Of a stretch of 64,000 bases of DNA, positions 14,455-28,570 are shown piece after piece. Location: NCBI GenBank assembly GCA_965153355.1, contig OZ231126.1, positions 37,262,001 to 37,326,000 on the forward strand, read 5' to 3'. This DNA is from Flaccisagitta enflata (taxonomy: Eukaryota). Below the pieces are notes generated by a model, which did no database searches, was not told the origin of the DNA, and saw only the letters and a program-made list of their open reading frames with translations. The number at the start of each line of letters is the position of its first letter. Position 1 is the stretch's first letter. Both the position numbers and the translations under genes were made by a program.

Positions 14455-14545
<91 letters not shown>

Positions 14546-14655
14546 ACTGTCTTTCTTTCTTATCCATACAATGTCATGCAAACGTGTTTTCGCCCTCGTC
14601 CTAAGCTTTTGACCAAGCCAACACCAATTCATGATTTGGAATGAAACCCTCTTAC

Positions 14656-14732
14656 GCATCGAATTCTTTTCCTTCCGCATCAAATTTTCCAGAAAACTAT
14701 CCTCGAGTTGCGTGTTTCTCGTACAAGCAAAA
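14656..14732 (-). CDS. Gene A exon 3 (FACTRNTQLEDSFLENLMRKEKNSM)
   Basis: Acceptor ctggttgcag, donor gtaaga; 77 nt, only the phase 2->1 frame is open. Confidence 0.65.
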
Positions 14733-14872
14733 CTGCAACCAGACATGTTTTGGCAACGAATGGTGGCTACGACTATCTTGCTCCGGTGAATAAGTCTAAA
14801 TGCTCTATTGTTTCCCATGTCAAGTCAAATTCTGCTTCACGTGATCACGATTTCTTGACTTTCTTGACCCAC

Positions 14873-15054
14873 CCGCAAGCGAGAAGAGCAGTAACACAAT
14901 AAAATGCGTCTCCTTTAATGAAATCATTGCCTATCAACTTCAGACGCGAATGAATGTGAGTCGGTGACGCCCAAAAACGTAAAGGCGTCTTGCGCTGCCG
15001 TACGGATTCGAGAAAAGTGTCCAGTGACATGCGGACTTTGTCAACCGGGCTTAG
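14873..15054 (-). CDS. Gene A exon 2 (LSPVDKVRMSLDTFLESVRQRKTPLRFWASPTHIHSRLKLIGNDFIKGDAFYCVTALLAC)
   Basis: Acceptor aattcctag, donor gg|gtgggt; 182 nt, phase 0->2; globular-looking sequence overlapping track ORF 14845-15030. Confidence 0.7.
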
Positions 15055-15250
15055 CTAGGAATTCGTATTGGTGAGTTGACATGCCGGTGGACAGGGCCTT
15101 TCTGTGGGTGGATAAGCATTTGTATAACGATTTTGTCTTTTTTTTCATTGTCAATGTTGTTCCTCGTATAAGATCATCAGATGAGTTAAACAAATTCATA
15201 GACGAAGATAATCAACAAGTCTCGTAAAAAGAAAATCAGCCAACTTAAAC

Positions 15251-15358
15251 CTCCTCTAAAACATATTCTGCGTCCAAAAAAGGACAGGCCCAGGGGCAGC
15301 AAACACCACACGACGGATCATAGAGTGGCTTATAGCCGGCATAGCCGCCATTACTCAT
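15251..15358 (-). CDS. Gene A putative first coding exon (MSNGGYAGYKPLYDPSCGVCCPWACPFLDAEYVLEE)
   Basis: ATG at 15358 with an in-frame upstream stop; weak donor gag|gtttaa, phase 0 matches exon 2. Confidence 0.5.
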
Positions 15359-15691
15359 TACTCACTGGTCTGGCAAATAGCGTGGAGAGCATATATCAAA
15401 ATGCAGTTCTTTTGAATATTCATATTTGTGGTATACGTATTTTAGGGCCTTCTTTCTGGTCGCCGTTTTCGCCGGCGGCGGATTGTTCATGCGGAAACAA
15501 GCCGAAAAAACATTTCCGCAAGAATGGAGAAATAATTTGGCATCTTTGTTTGGAATGATTTAGATGAACGCCTTCATGGATGCGTGACATGCTGTAGCTG
15601 TAGTGAAACGCTTTTACGAATAGAATCATATACAAATAAACTCGAGACAATCAGATTGGTGGTGGTGCGCTCAGAATCAGATCTAAGGTCA

Positions 15692-15970
<279 letters not shown>

Positions 15971-16546
15971 TGAGTGAGATTGTACTACAAATTTTGGATC
16001 TAAGCTCAGAAACAACAAAAACACACTTAACAACAACAACGACAACGACAACGACAACGACAAAGACAACGACAACAACAGCATGAGTGAGATTATACTA
16101 CAAATTGTGGCGTCTTAAAACAACGCCGGCTACTCGGCCAAGAAGTAGTCGCTTGCGGGTAGGCAGGGGCTACAATGCAGAAAACAAGGACAGTATGTGT
16201 GTGGGCGGGGGCAGTAATGTACCAAGGCAGGGGCAACAATGCTCAGATATCAGTATTCCAATGACTCGCGCGAAATCACCAAGAAGTTTCTTGTTCAATC
16301 ATGTGCATGCGGTTTTGTATAGTAAAGACGTAGATAGGCATGGATAACCCGAAAAGCTGGTGCCGCCCCGAATGGGGCGAAAAAGATTTAATGGCGCCTC
16401 TCTAATAGGAAGATTTCTCACCTTCTACTACTAGAAGCTCTCTGTCCATCCAATTTTCGTTTTGTTTTTCTGGCCTCGAGTTCGTCATATTTTGGCTCTC
16501 ACCATCTACTAAGACTTTGTCATCAAATAAAGACGGGAGGAAAAAA

Positions 16547-16597
16547 ATGTCCAAACGAAGAAAATGCCTGATTGTGGCAGGACAATTTTTCTCCTGG
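16547..16597 (+). CDS. Gene B putative first coding exon (MSKRRKCLIVAGQFFSW)
   Basis: ATG in an A-rich context, weak donor gtttta, 64-nt intron to a phase-0 acceptor; tentative. Confidence 0.3.
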
Positions 16598-16661
16598 GTT
16601 TTAAAAGGCAGCGACATTTCCACTTACGGGCAGAAAAGAGATATTCTGAATATCTTTCAAG

Positions 16662-16777
16662 CGGGTGACTTACGCTGCCGGCCGGAGGTATCTCGACTTG
16701 CGGCTTGCCTGCCAAAAAGTGTATATAGTTCACGTTCTCATGTTTTTGTTTGTCGGTGGGATTTACTATACTACGAG
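16662..16777 (+). CDS. Gene B putative exon with TM/signal anchor (…QKVYIVHVLMFLFVGGIYYTT)
   Basis: Acceptor atatctttcaag, donor gag|gtcagc, phase 0->2; hydrophobic stretch preceded by basic residues. Its link to the downstream SRCR exons is inferred. Confidence 0.45.
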
Positions 16778-16844
16778 GTCAGCTTGTTATTCTGAGACTT
16801 ACTCATCACATCGGAGACTTTTTCTATCTGGATATCTTATACAG

Positions 16845-16922
16845 TGGTCAAGAAGATAGTTTCGGCTCATTTCATCTTAGACAAACGGACGAAATAAGAT
16901 TGACGATCAGGCAGGAAGCCAG
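16845..16922 (+). CDS. Gene B putative stem exon (GQEDSFGSFHLRQTDEIRLTIRQEA)
   Basis: Acceptor cttatacag, donor cag|gtaaag; open in phase 2->2 after a 67-nt intron. Confidence 0.45.
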
Positions 16923-16956
16923 GTAAAGTTCAAGCTCGTGCAAATATCGAAACACA

Positions 16957-17066
<110 letters not shown>

Positions 17067-17131
17067 GACGCGCTTCTGTGATGTCTCCATGAAACTGTTA
17101 TGGGATGGAGAGGAGATGGTACGGAAGAGTA

Positions 17132-19383
17132 CCAGTAATGGCGGCTATCGCCGTGAGGAAAAAAATCGTAGGCATTGGTCACTCTCCACCAAGGTTTTGT
17201 TTTCAGTCATTGTAACTCTTTTTATTCATTAGATAAATCATATAAATCAATAGCAATTGTATGTATTGATTGCACTGAAAATCAGAGAAAAACAGGACAT
17301 AGCCAAATGAGCAAGATGAGCAAAAATACTCAAAATCACTCACACAGATGACCAATTACGCTCACTGACATTCTACCTTATATTTGCTTGCTTAAACATA
17401 TATCAAAGCCTTTATTAAGTTAAAAAGAGACTGAGCTAAATAAGCTAAATCAGCTAGAATACTTAAAAACACCCCCACACATAAGCAGCTAACACCTATC
17501 ACATAATTAAACGAACTGGCAAAATGATCAAAATTGACCGAAATAATGCATTCAGTGGGCTGAAATCTGACTCAGAGGGAGCTAAAATATAGTATTTTCG
17601 CAAATCAGGGCAAAATTGTGCATCTGGGAAAGTGCGTGGCTCCGGGAAAGGGTTTTGCAAAAAATCCAGTGAAAGATTTTGTCTGATTTTGACAAAGAAA
17701 CTTTTGATGATGAGACAACATAAACCTCCTTAAAATTTGCCATAAATAAGGCAAGAAAAGATCAATTTTCGGGTTTTTGTATCACTAACAGACAAAAATG
17801 AGTCAACAGTACCAAGAAACAGTCATTGGCAGCTGCAAAAAATATTGAAACCCCTTGTAAAAAAAAATGGTTTTGACGACAGATTTAAAGCTAAACAAAA
17901 CCTGAAATTTGTATGATATCATTTGATGAGGCTTTTTACAGCTATTGGATGACATGATTTGAAGTTTTTTTGTAGAGCCCTCATAAGAATAACATATCTT
18001 GAAATTATCATCAACCTAGATTCTTGTTTTGGACTTGAAAAACACAATTATGGACAAGATCTGATCCCAGTTCGCCTGATTTTGTGAGAGGTGTTATGCT
18101 CATAAACATGTTTTCCTACATTTGCATGCTCAAACAAACAAAGATACACTTTTTAGTCGCGTGCACGCGACTCTACCTGCTTTGTCGGTCCGTCGGTCCG
18201 TCGGTCCGTCCTTCACACTTTACTTTTTTATTATACTTTAAGTTATACCTAGCCTTTCTAAGTCATTCTAAGTCTTTCTAAGTTATTCTAAGTCATTCTA
18301 AGTCATTCTAAGTCATTTTAAGTTATTCTAAGTCATCCTAAGTTAGTTTAAGTCACTTAAGTCAAATAGGTCAAAGTAGTCATTTCAGTCATTTTATGTC
18401 TTATCAAATCATTTAAAGTCGTCTTGGGTCATTTTAAGTCATCTTGAGTCAATAAAAGTCATCTTAAGTTACTTAGGTCCCGCACGCGACTTAAAGGTGT
18501 TGGCCTTGTTTATAGATCCTACTTAAAATCATAAAAAATTGACAAAAGTTTAATCAGAATTTTTTAAAAATAAATGTTTAAAAAATCATTACTCAAAAAT
18601 ATTTGTCATCGGGAAAAAAGTTGAAATCAGTCTTCAACTTTTTGACATATTCGAGAGAAACAGGGTTTTCATTTTCTTATGAGAAAGTTGTGGGTCTCAT
18701 CCGGCTGATTGAGGCCTCCGATGAAATTTTAAGGGTAAGTGAATTTGATAATTCTCTTTCATTTGGCGCCAAGCAGAAGGCTCTACAACAAATACTTTTT
18801 AAAGATTTATTTATAAAAAAAATTCAAATTGAATTTTTTTTTTTTTCGATTTTTTTCTATTTTGGGAAGGATCAATAAAGGAGTGTATTTTTGTTTGTCT
18901 GAGCATCAAATACAGGAAAACATATTCATGAGCATGGCTGCTCATTTATGAGGGTGTTTTTGAGCATTTCAGCTCATTTAGCTCATTTAGCTCAGTCTTT
19001 TTCTTTTTTTTTAAATGTAATAGATAAATAGATATTTTGATAGATGTTTAAGCAAGCAAATGTAAGAAAGCATGTCAGTGAGCAGAGCTGCTCAACTGTG
19101 GGGATGTTTTTAAGTATTCTAGCTCATTTAGCTTATTTAAATTAATCTTTTTTTCAGTGAAAGCATTTCAGTGAACATAGCTGAATATCTGCTTGAATGA
19201 TTTTGAGTATTTTAGCTCGTTTGGCTCAGTTTTATTTTTCTTTGATTTTCAGTGCAATCAATACATACAATTGCTCTTTATTTGATCTAACAAAAAAAAA
19301 TGCAGGGACTGAGGATAAAAGCTTGGTGAAAAGTCACCAATGCTTACGACTTTTTTCCTCACGGCGACAGTCGCCATTACTGG
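17132..19383. mobile_element. ~2.25-kb non-autonomous DNA transposon with long degenerate TIRs and TA flanks (Tc1/mariner-like)
   Basis: TA-ccagtaatggcggctatcgccgtgaggaaaaaa ... ttttttcctcacggcgacagtcgccattactgg-TA; inverted similarity extends for several hundred bp. A family B element is nested at 18150-18510. Confidence 0.75.
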
Positions 19384-21417
19384 TAGAGCATTCTGCTTAG
19401 CGCAAAATGAAAGAGAATTATCAAATCTAGTTACCCTATCAGTTTCATTGGAGGCCCCAATTGGTCGATCGAGATGCCCAACTTTAAAAAAAAAAAACAA
19501 AACAAAAACAATGTTTCTCTGGAATTTATCGAAAAGTCGAGGACTGACTTCGACTTTTTCCCCCGATTAGAGTGACAACTGAAGCTAAACTGTATGTGTA
19601 GAAACGAGAAAATATTAATAAAATGAAATCTAAACGGTGGATAAAGAGAAAGGAGGATATTAAAGGAAAACAGCCACCGCCCCCCCCCAAAAAAAGAGAT
19701 AGACACTAGACAGATAATAGGAAAAAGAAGATAAAGAAAAGAATAAGAAAAGAAAAATGTGTTGACGGATGGAAAGATGACCAAAAAATTAACTCATGGC
19801 CTGGATTGTACCGCTTTTAATATTAGTTTTGTGAAAATGTAGGCCGAAGAGGGAGAGATGGCGCTGAGAACCAAAGTGACCGTAGATAAGGTGAGAGAAC
19901 GACCCATTGAAGTTACAATTCGTAAATGAAGAAAAAAAGATTTTGATGGTGGAGCACAGGGATATGGTAATTTTACGATGTTAGTAACGTATAAAAAAAA
20001 AACTTGAGCTCATCTGTTTCCAATGATTCCGGGATATTCAATTCAATTTCAATTCAATTTAACAGTTTATTTCCCCAAATGCGCGTATAACAACAATATA
20101 GCGATGGATCAGCGGGGGAGGACCATGCATAAGCCCTTCATGTCAAATAGTGGTATACTTTCTATTTTTTAGTTTGGACATCGACGGGCTTGTTCATGTC
20201 GACCCTCGTGATTAAAGTCACAAATGCAGGATAAAGATGAGATAGAAAAAGACAAAACACAAAATGTACAAATTCATGCAAAAATCAGAAAACGATCAAC
20301 AGGCAAACGGCATGACGTACGAATACGTCGATAAAAAGAACAATATCTACAATAACTTAAATCAGGGCATCAATATTAAAACAAAAACATGACGTACGAA
20401 TACGTCTAACAATAAAATTCTGTAACGTAGGAAAAAAGAATAAATAAGCGTCTATTAATTGAAATATTTTTTGTTTCTAAGCATTCCATAAATGATAGAG
20501 AAGGCATTGTGAAATTTCTCTGTTTTCAAGTAGACTGACGCAAAGTTAAACATAATCACCATCCATAATCAAAATCATAATATGAATAGTGACTAATACC
20601 TGGAGTGGTGGAAACTAATATATAATACCGATGTCAAAACAGTGATTCCACAAATAATCATAAATCCAGCTTTCCAACAGGAAATCCCCTGCCCTGTGGG
20701 CACTGGTGTTCTGTTTACTATGCAAATTCATAGGAATCTGATTAAAGCTGCAAATAGGGTTGACGAGACATTTGTTCATTTTTACGTATAAATTACTAAT
20801 TTGTTTTCTTTATGACTTACAATTGTAAACACAGTATTAATACGACCATGGCTGCAATAAATACAGCCAAGGAAGGACAGCAGGTCCCCCAAGGGAGATA
20901 ATCAATGATAAGATTTCAAAAGATTAAATTTGATATTGAAATGAAATGTAATGAAGTACTCCAGTCAGTCACCAAAATTCCCTCTATTTCTTAAGATTGC
21001 CATTACCAAGAATCGAATCAGCAAAATCAATCAAACCATGAGACTGGAGTGCCTGGTATGAATTTTGGGTGGTCTTGTAAATGCAAGTTGTATAAATCGA
21101 GGTGCAATTGAAGACAAAATTTGATCAGTCGACACGTTTTTTAGCAAAGTAACCGTGAAATATAAGGATAAAGGACAGAAAAAAGGGAGTTTTTAAGCAA
21201 AATCTCTTTTTACAATCCGACATGTCTTGGGTAAAATTACCAATAAAGGCGGCTAATCGCCGGCCGGAAAAAAGTCGTAAGTGGGAATCTCTTTTTTTCA
21301 GTGCATGTTCTTCTGTGTGTGCATGTCATGATGTCTTGTCAATTGCTTGTCTGTTTTTGTTATTCAATCACTGTCTCTCTTTGTTTTTCCATCTTCCTTT
21401 GTCTTTGTGATGTGTGC

Positions 21418-21814
<397 letters not shown>

Positions 21815-21830
21815 GAATAGAATGCTAAAG

Positions 21831-23003
21831 CTAGCGTCATAAAAGTTGGAGTCAATTTGCGTAACATCTTGACCATTCTCTGTTGTTACATTATTTGAAA
21901 AGTTTGGGATCTATGAAAAATATCGATCTTTGCGAAAATGCAAAAAATAAAAAAAGATTCAAAAATTCATAGCGCCAAAACTAATGATCGTAGAGACTTC
22001 TGGTTGGCGCCATTTGAAAGAGAAAAATTAGCTCTTTCTCAGCTGTGAATATAAAAAAATGTGTCATCCCAGTCAGGAAATGGCCCAACTTTCTCAAGTT
22101 CCCCAAATCGAAAATCGAAAACCCGATTTCTCCCCTACGTTTCAAAAAGTCGAATTACGTAATTCGACTTTTTTCCAATAACTTTGCATAGAGATTCAAA
22201 AATTGTCATTTTCAAAAACATGGCGTTTTTTAAAGACTCATAAGATGAGGGCCATGTGTTTAGAACTACAAAATTTTGAATTCAGAAGCAGAATTATAAT
22301 TTTACTCAACAACTTTTTGAACTTTTCCTCTCATTCTTAAGAGAAATTCTTTTGCTTTATTGAATAACTTTGGTCTTTGTGAATATGCAATAGAAACTTT
22401 TTATATTGTGATCAACTTTTTAAATTCTTAAAAAAATCAGTAGTAATAATTTTTTTATTGCATAACTTATTACCTACTAGGATAACTATATATATCAGTT
22501 TAATGTGAATGAAAATAGAATTTTGTCATCGTTTGCACCCCAACATAAAACATTTCTTATTAAGTCAATCTCATAAAATTTGGTACTTTGTCAAAGAGAT
22601 CCTTTCAAAATAAGATACATGTATATAAAAAATAAAAAGAATTTTTTTTTCAATCATCATAAACGCAATTTTATCGATTTTGTGTTGATTGAGAAAGGGG
22701 ATTTTGAACAAGGCAGCTGCCAGTGTGCGGCCCGATACAGGGCAAAGTTAGTCTTTCATTCCATGCATGTTAGTCTTTGAGCTGCTTTGTCTAATCAGTC
22801 AGTTGTTCATTTGATCAGTCAGTCAATCCGACCATATAACGTCGATAATTATTTCATTTTTTATCCTTTTTTTTTAGCAAGCTCTTGTTTTTACAAATCA
22901 AAGGTTAGGTCATAGATAGTACTTTGCCCTAAATTGCTCGTATTAAGGAAAAGAATAAAGTAAAAACGTTTTTTGATTTTTGCCCAAGAATATATGACGC
23001 TAG
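21831..23003. mobile_element. Possible TIR element bounded by ctagcgtcata/tatgacgctag
   Basis: 11-bp perfect inverted termini around AT-rich non-coding DNA; superfamily unclear. Confidence 0.4.
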
Positions 23004-23060
23004 CATGGGTTGATACTGATTTAGACGAAGACAGTACATTTTTTACCAATTCGCATCATA

Positions 23061-23615
23061 CACCGTCTTCGGATCGGACTGTGAAATGCAAAACCTTTAT
23101 AGCTCCTAAACTACTTGGAAAAAAATCATGAAATTTTCAGTGAATATTGGTAACATGTGACGGTTTTTGCATGTCAAAGCTCAGATCATAGTATAGAAAA
23201 GGTGAAGGGGAAAAAAATATTGAAAGAAAACCCAGTTTTTATCAAGATCAATTTTTCCTCATTTCCTTGGAAAGGAGTTGTTTTTTTCTGCTTGAAATTG
23301 CTTTGCATTTCAACAAAAATTCTTGGATTTATTTTCAATGACAGATGTTAACTTATGTATTATCTATTTGCTGCATATTCTAAGAAAAACACAGCACCTT
23401 CCAAAAAAAAGAGGTCAAAAAAACGATTTTGCTTAAAAAATGGATGTTCTTTCAATATTTTGTTTTCCCCTCACCTTTTCTATACAATGATCTGAGCTTT
23501 GAAATGCAAAAACCGTCACATATTACCAATATTCACTGAAAATTTCATGACTTTTTTCCTAGTGGTTTAGAAGTTATAAAGGTTTTCCATTTCACAGTCC
23601 GATCGGAAGACGGTG
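23061..23615. mobile_element. MITE with ~170-bp TIRs and TA target-site duplication (Tc1/mariner type)
   Basis: TA-caccgtcttcggatcggactgtgaaatg ... catttcacagtccgatcggaagacggtg-TA. Confidence 0.85.
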
Positions 23616-24536
23616 TAGCCACCATTACCATCATTAACAGTGCTGCTCCAGTCCATCCCGTTGAATCCCGCTCTTTTACAACAGCTATAAGTACTTCCAC
23701 CACATTCTCAACAACAAACCACGACAACCATGATGAAGACACCACCACACTGAAAAATGCATTCCTTAGAAAATAAGTTTAGTTCGGATATGCATATATC
23801 AGAGCCTTCAACCAGGTTTCACTCTTAGAGTTTCGCGGATGTTTGGTCTTGGCCCGAGACTCTCAGGTTTCATGAAAAGGAAAGTTTTTGTCAAAAACTT
23901 TTCCGAACCTTAAAAAGGCAAGAATCTTTTTCGAGCAAAAATACTTCCTCTAAAATTCTGAAAAAAAAAAGATGTCATTTATTCGACGAGTTATCATAAT
24001 TGCTTCATATTTGAGCGCTTTGGGTAAGTTGACTACTGTATAAGCAGCAGGTACTACACTGGGTAATCTGTCGTATAGAATAGTGGGATAAACCCCGGGG
24101 GTTGCTTTGGGTTGCCCGGGGTTGCTCAAGGTTGCTTGGGGAATAGGGATGCTTGACTTTGCTCGAGGTTGTTTCAGGATTGTTGATATTGTTTGTCCCC
24201 AAGCAACCCCGAGCAACTCTGAGCAGCCCCGAACCCAGGACATTTTTCACATAACTAATTAACTATAGGTTTCGCTTCAGTTTGGCGCAGTTCAGACGTG
24301 CATGAATCACGATGGAATTGTTAAAAAATATTTCACCTAGCCCATTTTGAGAAAAACCGCTTTTTGTGAAAATCTTTTGCATACGCAACATATTTCGCGT
24401 ATGCAACACACATATGTTGCATATGCGAAATATGTCGCGTATGCAACATATATATATTGCATACGCGACATATTGCGCATTTGCAACATACGCATGTCGC
24501 ATACGCGACATAATCCCCATATGTTGCGTCCATATG

Positions 24537-24812
<276 letters not shown>

Positions 24813-24843
24813 ACCTGGCCATGTTCAATTTACGTTTTTCCAG

Positions 24844-25029
24844 TCGACATTCGGTTAGTAAACGGCAACACGACTGCTGGTCGGGTGGAAGTCCGGTACA
24901 ATGGCAAATGGGGCACGGTTTGTGACGACCATTGGGGCCTGGAAGACGCCAAAGTAGTCTGCAGACAACTCAATTTGGGAGAAGCCATCGGCGTCACCAA
25001 AAAAGCCAGAGTTTTCGGTCAAGGCACAG
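24844..25029 (+). CDS. Gene B SRCR domain, first exon ([42 protein letters not shown]…FGQGT)
   Basis: Canonical SRCR motifs RLV.G, GRVEV, WGTVCDD.W, VVCRQL; acceptor tttttccag, donor g|gtataa; phase 1->1. Confidence 0.93.
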
Positions 25030-25033
25030 GTAT

Positions 25034-25157
<124 letters not shown>

Positions 25158-25159
25158 CC

Positions 25160-25290
<131 letters not shown>

Positions 25291-25408
25291 GAAGGGACAG
25301 GTATGGAGGGAGGAAACGGAAGGCCTTGTTGCTTGAAGAGAATAGAAATTGAGCTGTTTTAAATGTGGAGGTTTTGTTTTTATCTGGGTGGTGATGATGA
25401 TGATGATT

Positions 25409-25494
<86 letters not shown>

Positions 25495-25630
25495 GACAAT
25501 TACCCTGCTAAATGGCTTTTTATTTTACTCAATTATTTGTTTACTTTTGCTTGAGCCCATATCCTTGTGGACAACGTTATATATAGGAGATGAGTTAGAC
25601 ATCGCCCAATGCCATGTTTCAATTTTGCAG

Positions 25631-25753
25631 GAGATATCTTGTTGGATAATGTCGTGTGTACCGGAGTTGAGCTGAACATCGCTCAATGCCGTCATCGAGG
25701 ATTCAACGTCAGCAACTGCGACCACGATGAAGACGCTGGCGTCATCTGTTCCA
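25631..25753 (+). CDS. Gene B SRCR domain, second exon (DILLDNVVCTGVELNIAQC…NCDHDEDAGVICS)
   Basis: Canonical LD.V.C.G.E and C.H.EDAGV.C motifs; acceptor ttttgcag, donor a|gtaaat; phase 1->1; six-Cys SRCR. Confidence 0.93.
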
Positions 25754-25823
25754 GTAAATTAAAGCTTTTCAATTCTTTGGCATTACATTTTCTTTTCACA
25801 GACTCATCTAAGTTTTTTTGGTT

Positions 25824-25863
<40 letters not shown>

Positions 25864-27090
25864 TTTTGCATGAATTTCTTTTTTCAATTTTGCTTTTCAA
25901 AGATTGGATAACCAAGACCTTCCGGATGATAGTTCTTAGGGTCACTCGGGTGTTTTAGTTTTTCTTTTGGCGCTATCCAAAAAGGGGAGGGTGTACTAGA
26001 ACAGGGATACTTGGGGATGCATTTCGTCAGTCAATGAACATAGTGTTTCATAATGTTCCACTTGTCATAACGATTAATGAAAGTATTCTATTTTGGTTAC
26101 ATAACAAAATCAGTAACGATATGTCCTTCAGTGCGGATATTTGAATAAAGTAAAGTATCTCTGAAGCGTGAAAAACGGGTATTCCAGCGTATTTACTGGA
26201 CAAACCACGTTCTATAAATCGATGAGAAAGCGGATTTTTATATTAGGTAAAATACATAGAACAGAGGTGTCACGATTTTTATTTTACAGTATTGATCGGG
26301 TCGATCGAATCAGGGTCAATTAAAAAAAAAAACATCGTCTTAGTATCGACCTTAGGTTGATTTTTTGTCAATAATCTTTTTTTGGGCAGCGGCCCCAAAG
26401 GGGTTGATGACCTATGCTTTCACACATATATGAAAAGAGATCTTGACTTCTTTCATCAAGAAGCAAAAAGTCTCTAGAGGTATAGAAAATCGGCCCGATT
26501 AATCGACCAGTCGATAGTATTGTGACACCTCTGACACCTCTGACCTCTGGTTGTTTTTCATTACTAAGGATAGTTGTGATGGGTCCGGATTAAACACCAG
26601 TGAGAGCTCCAAAGGCTCTCATCCTTAAGTAAGGTAGGGTTGAGTAGTAATGTTGTCCAACTTTCGTAGAATATGCGGTATTCAACCCTAGAATATTTAA
26701 CTGAGCATGAATTCACCATTATTCAGCGATGAATAGAATAAATCCACGAGATAAATTCCACGAGAAAGACAGACACTTGAGATAAGACCATCCTGGTTTT
26801 TATTCGAAAAATAAGTTATATATACAGAGAGTGACAGAAGTGACCCACCTTTTGGCAATCCCGCCCCAACCAGGCCGATCCGGCATTCTCATGAGCCTCC
26901 CCACCTTAGCGCTAACTTGTTCTATCTACTTGGTCCATCTCAGCCTTGCGTCAACTCGTCTCACCTCGCAATGAAAACCTCCAAAAGCAAAGCGGGGCCT
27001 TCTTCTCTGGAAAAGGTTGAGTCAATCAGAGGATGATTATGATGACTAAGATGGTGATATGAATAATGAGGATGAGAATGATGATGATGG

Positions 27091-27128
<38 letters not shown>

Positions 27129-27252
27129 GTGATGATTTTGACATTGGTCTGTCCGACGCTCTCTCTCTATACGTCCATCTCCCCTTAACGAGCAACAATG
27201 TCGTCATTGCGTTTTGATTTTTGCCTATGAATTAACTCACTTACTAATGCAG

Positions 27253-27378
27253 CCTATGCGCAGTTGAGCGGCATATTTAGAAATAGCGGTTACATCGAAA
27301 TTGGCGAGTCGCTACGAATCAAACTCAAATTCAAGACAACTAGCGAAGACGGAATCATTCTTGCCATGGGAAATATCG
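27253..27378 (+). CDS. Gene B laminin-G domain 1, exon a (…GYIEIGESLRIKLKFKTTSEDGIILAMGNI)
   Basis: LamG N-terminal motif F(K/R)T...DGIL; taatgcag / g|gtaact; phase 1->1; paralogous to 37289-37396. Confidence 0.85.
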
Positions 27379-27779
27379 GTAACTTTCTTACTGAATGTCG
27401 TCTATACAGTTGAGCTTCACAAGAGCGTCAAGGGACTCAGCTAAACTTTTCCTTCAAACAAAGCTGCCCTATTGATATTATGTTAGAAACTGTAAAATTT
27501 CACATGGGACAGTAAATTGCATACTTTATAGGCAGACATGTCTTATTAGCGGGTGCGCTCTGGCGGTGCTCCACTGTATTTCGAAGTATTGGAAGCTTAT
27601 AACTTGCATACTCGCGTGCCCGGCGCACACTGATTTGTAGTCTGTCACTCGTGCAAGAAGGCAGCCGGCTAGGCTGTGGCACAATCTTATTACTATCTAG
27701 CTCAAAAGTTTATCACCTGATTGAGATTGAGCTAATTCATTCAATGAAATAGACAAACAAATGTAACAAACACATTCAA

Positions 27780-28570
27780 TACTTGGTGTTACCACCATTT
27801 GGCATCAATCACGGCCTTCATGAGCCTTGGCATACTTCCGTAAAGAGATTTGAGGTAGGATGGCATGATCTTATTCCAGACTGTGAGGTATGCTGAGGAG
27901 AATACACTTTTTTCATGCAGGGACCCAGAGGAGGGCCCAGATTTTTTGATTTTGATGTAACTAATGTATTCTAAAAATTTCAGGACCATAGCTGTTCTCA
28001 AACATTCATCATATTGCACCTGAAAAATAGCTCATCCTTAAGGGGGCCAAAATTTCAAAATCATTTTTCCTCAAATCTGATGCCAGATTCAGATTCCTTG
28101 TAAAAAATTATGTAAGATTTTATATTTTCCTTTTTCAAAATTTTGATTTTAAGCTGAAAAAATGCAAAAAACCTCCAAAAATAAGGGTTTTTAAAAAACA
28201 AGGTCTTTTTTGAGATTTTTTGCATTTTTCCCAGCTTAAAAACAAAATTTTGAAAAAAGAAAACATAGTATCTGACATAATCTTTTACAAGGAATCTTAA
28301 TCTGGCATCAGTTTTGAGGAAAAATGATTTTGAATTTTTGGCCCCCTTAAGGATGAGCTATTTTTCAAGTGCAATATGATGAACGTTCAAGAATATCTAT
28401 GGTCCTGGAATTTTTAGAATAAATTTGTTACATCAAGATAAAAAAATCTGGGCCCTCCTCTGGGTCCCTGCATGAAAAAAAGTGTATTCTCCTCAGTGTA
28501 CTGTGAGGGCGATCCTTTTCAATCCCGCACAAGATGGTTGAGCAATTGTGTGTCAGACTCTTGTCTCTAG
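27780..28570 (-). pseudogene. Tc1/mariner transposase C-terminal relic, interrupted by a hAT-like foldback
   Basis: Removing 27889-28500 plus one TSD copy gives GLKRIALTVWNKIMPSYLKSLYGSMPRLMKAVIDAK, matching the Tc1 C-terminal W..I...SMP.R..AVI.A.G motif. Confidence 0.7.
27889..28500. mobile_element. ~610-bp near-perfect palindromic (foldback) MITE with 8-bp TSD, hAT-like
   Basis: Arms tatgctgaggagaatacac.../...gtgtattctcctcagtgta; direct repeat CTGTGAGG at 27881-27888 and 28501-28508. Confidence 0.88.

Noticed and set aside
19843-19890. Possible exon (AEEGEMALRTKVTVDK) with good donor gtgaga
   Set aside because: It has a stop in the phase required by the upstream putative exon; cannot be placed in a model.
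20037-21130. Possible decayed LINE 3' end on the minus strand ((ATTGA)n-like tail, duplicated catgacgtacgaatacgtc)
   Set aside because: No recognisable reverse-transcriptase motifs or open frame.
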